IMG/VR virus record: IMGVR_UViG_3300005977_000075
Location: 1 to 17,869 of that record
DNA: 17,869 nucleotides
Direction: 5' to 3' (one strand)
Shown here: positions 16,312 to 17,869 of the stretch, in pieces
How the letters are laid out: each line of letters opens with the position of its first letter
Position numbering within the stretch: the stretch's first letter is position 1
The notes under the pieces: generated by a model
The model's input: only the letters and a program-made list of their open reading frames with translations
What the model was told of the DNA's origin: nothing
Databases searched by the model: none
Made by a program: the position numbers and the translations under genes

Positions 16312-16513
16312 TCAAAAGATGAAGTCGACTTTTGTTAACTTTCTCTTTTTCCGTTTTACGTTATTTCTGCCTAACTGGTTGGGCTGAAACTGTCCCTATT
16401 CACTTCTCTCTTGTTTTTCTCCCATTTTTCTCCCAGTTGTTTTTCTCCCAGACCAGGAATAGTGAAGCGAAAAGCTTATTAATACCTCAAACAGATGTTT
16501 TACACGAAGCAAA

Positions 16514-16984
16514 ATGTCAGTTTCGGTAATCGTTCCGTCCGCAAAAGCAACAGGAGCAGGTGGTAAGAAAGCAAAAATGTTCAAGGTAATTAACGTTCAT
16601 ACACCAAATGCAAATAGTGTTCATATACCAAAAATAAAGAAAGCGACTAGAATTCATGATCCAGGAGTAGCAGGGTCGTTAGTCAGAGTAACGTTTGGAA
16701 CCAACGGGTTTGACATTCCAACAATAGCAATAGCCCTCTTGATAGTCGGTGTAATAATAGGACTATCAGGTTTAATTCTCTCTATCTTCGCCACAGCTAC
16801 TGCCTCAGCAATAAGCAATCCGTCACCAGGAACATTAGCGTATAACTTGACGCACCCGCTGGTAAACGGTATGGTATCGTTCTTCAGCTTCTTCCCAACG
16901 CTATACGTATTGCTCGGTGTGACCGGAATAGTACTCATCGCGGCAGGTATAATATCCATAATAATGGAGAAATTCAAGACTTAA
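16514..16984 (+). CDS. Probable major capsid protein of a spindle-shaped virus (basic N-terminal region plus two long hydrophobic helices)
   Basis: Basic N-terminus of about 65 aa, helix 1 DIPTIAIALLIVGVIIGLSGLILSIF, linker with an N-L-T sequon, helix 2 FFPTLYVLLGVTGIVLIAAGIISII, then a basic tail. This is the architecture of fusellovirus VP1 and bicaudavirus capsid proteins. Strong BRE-TATA (GAAAAG-CTTATTAA) and T-rich terminator. Confidence 0.75.
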   Translation: MSVSVIVPSAKATGAGGKKAKMFKVINVHTPNANSVHIPKIKKATRIHDPGVAGSLVRVTFGTNGFDIPTIAIALLIVGVIIGLSGLILSIFATATASAISNPSPGTLAYNLTHPLVNGMVSFFSFFPTLYVLLGVTGIVLIAAGIISIIMEKFKT

Positions 16985-17035
16985 AACTCGAAGTCAAACA
17001 TGTGTTTTTTTCCGCGAATTCACTTTCTTCTTCTT

Positions 17036-17146
17036 GTGAACTACCCCGCCCTAATGGGGCTTCCTGCTTCAAAGGTGGCTATCTTCAAGGGGGCTATCCA
17101 TCCCCCACCTCACGGATGGAGTCTTACGCCCCCTTAACCCCTTTCT
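17036..17146 (-). mobile_element. Miniature non-autonomous IS200/IS605-like element, second copy
   Basis: Near-identical to 14457-14548 plus a 15-bp internal insertion (TTCAAGGGGGCTATC); abuts the TTTTAAAA TATA of the next gene. Confidence 0.7.
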
Positions 17147-17174
17147 TTTAAAACTCTTCTGTTAAGATATTAAC

Positions 17175-17869
17175 ATGGCACTGAAAACACCGTCTTCAAA
17201 CATAAGCTTTACAAATACGGTACACCCACACTCAGCTCAACCTGTTACAGCTTTCTCGTTATTTCAAATGCTAGCATCTCCACCATATGTTTACATTTTC
17301 ATCGCTCTAGGCATACTAATTATAGTATTCATTGTCGTATACGTAGCGTTCAGAAGGTCGTATATGAAAGACCCAATAAGAGGAGGGCTAATAAGACAAA
17401 TTCGTCGCTCTAAGAATAGTGACGTTGTAGTCGTGAACGTCGACATATCTACTAGGTCTGCTCAACTGTACCTAGGTGAAAAATTATCGCCGTCGTTGTA
17501 CACAGTCCATGACCCAGTTACAGGCGAAGAGCTAATTGTCCCAGTCACCTCGGAATCCATGGTAGGGATGATACAATACGGGAATCTACATAGACCGTTG
17601 TTAATCACTATAAGGAAAAACAACACAATGCCGTATGCGATAAGGTTAGAGACGTTAGAAACATCGATACCTGTGTCTGAGTATGATACGGCAGAACCAG
17701 AATTATTAGCACAGTTGGCTAAGGTCAAAAAGATGATTACTGGTGCCATAACGTTATCTCCTACCACAAAACTTTCTATCGCTGTTGACCCTAAATTATT
17801 ACTTAACCGTCGGCTATCGCAAGAGTTGGAGATATTGAGTACAATACCCACGACGGTTAAGGAGATGAA
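17175..17869 (+). CDS. Membrane-anchored protein (partial, runs off the window); possibly virion/assembly-related
   Basis: Manual translation MALKTPSSNISFTNTVHPH...YVYIFIALGILIIVFIVVYVAFRRSYMKDPIRGG..., open to the edge. One TM followed by RR; TATA about 21 nt upstream. Confidence 0.85.
   Translation, partial: MALKTPSSNISFTNTVHPHSAQPVTAFSLFQMLASPPYVYIFIALGILIIVFIVVYVAFRRSYMKDPIRGGLIRQIRRSKNSDVVVVNVDISTRSAQLYLGEKLSPSLYTVHDPVTGEELIVPVTSESMVGMIQYGNLHRPLLITIRKNNTMPYAIRLETLETSIPVSEYDTAEPELLAQLAKVKKMITGAITLSPTTKLSIAVDPKLLLNRRLSQELEILSTIPTTVKEM

Larger units (their letters stand above)
711..17007. promoter_or_regulatory. Dispersed palindromic operator-like motif AAACA-NN-TGTTT
   Basis: Perfect copies start at 711, 1915, 2386, 4941, 5714, 7119, 7957, 10697, 11917, 14572, 15613, 16489 and 16996. 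One-mismatch copies at 829, 3581, 3707, 7480, 13955 and 14028. Confidence 0.9.

Noticed and set aside
16514-16984. Type IV pilin or archaellin
   Set aside because: No class III signal peptide cleavage motif directly before the hydrophobic helix, and it has two long hydrophobic helices with no globular beta domain; a spindle-virus capsid protein fits better.
711-17007. AAACANNTGTTT as a mere restriction/methylation site (CAGCTG, CATATG)
   Set aside because: The conserved part is the outer AAACA/TGTTT with a variable centre, and copies cluster at promoters, unlike R-M sites.
14059-17146. Autonomous IS element
   Set aside because: No tnpA or tnpB ORF is present; only end sequences remain.
8869-17851. 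ORFs 8869-9141, 9560-9907, 10720-11079, 12131-12316, 12489-12761, 13123-13392, 13399-13725, 14934-15182, 16332-16529, 16396-16584, 16654-16977 and 17462-17851
   Set aside because: They lie within or opposite longer, better-supported genes, or across the capsid promoter.

Overview
This is an AT-rich, gene-dense segment that looks like part of a large spindle-shaped virus of Sulfolobales (Bicaudaviridae-like, SMV/STSV/ATV type) or a provirus. The assignment rests on archaeal TATA/BRE promoters, short or absent leaders, and a two-helix hydrophobic capsid-like protein at 16514-16984. Recognisable genes: a partial GT2 Dol-P-sugar synthase-like glycosyltransferase, a diverged TFB (TFIIB)-like protein, a winged-HTH protein, a P-loop ATPase, an acyltransferase-3, an FkbM methyltransferase, a tandem RHH regulator and an orphan SocA/Panacea-like antitoxin. 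Several small or acidic ORFs are anti-defence candidates, including a Csx16/Csx20-like ring-nuclease candidate and a Phd-like antitoxin mimic. The non-coding DNA is highly structured: (i) a palindrome AAACA-NN-TGTTT with 13 perfect copies, 12 of them intergenic and mostly at promoters; (ii) a second palindrome, CCTAAC-NN-GTTAGG, within duplicated promoters; (iii) a series of miniature IS200/IS605-like end elements between genes, several wedged between a stop codon and the next TATA box; (iv) a G-rich repeat block and an AT-rich inverted-repeat block flanking the wHTH gene (candidate origin); (v) many short tandem duplications. All family assignments come from motif recognition by eye; no searches were run.
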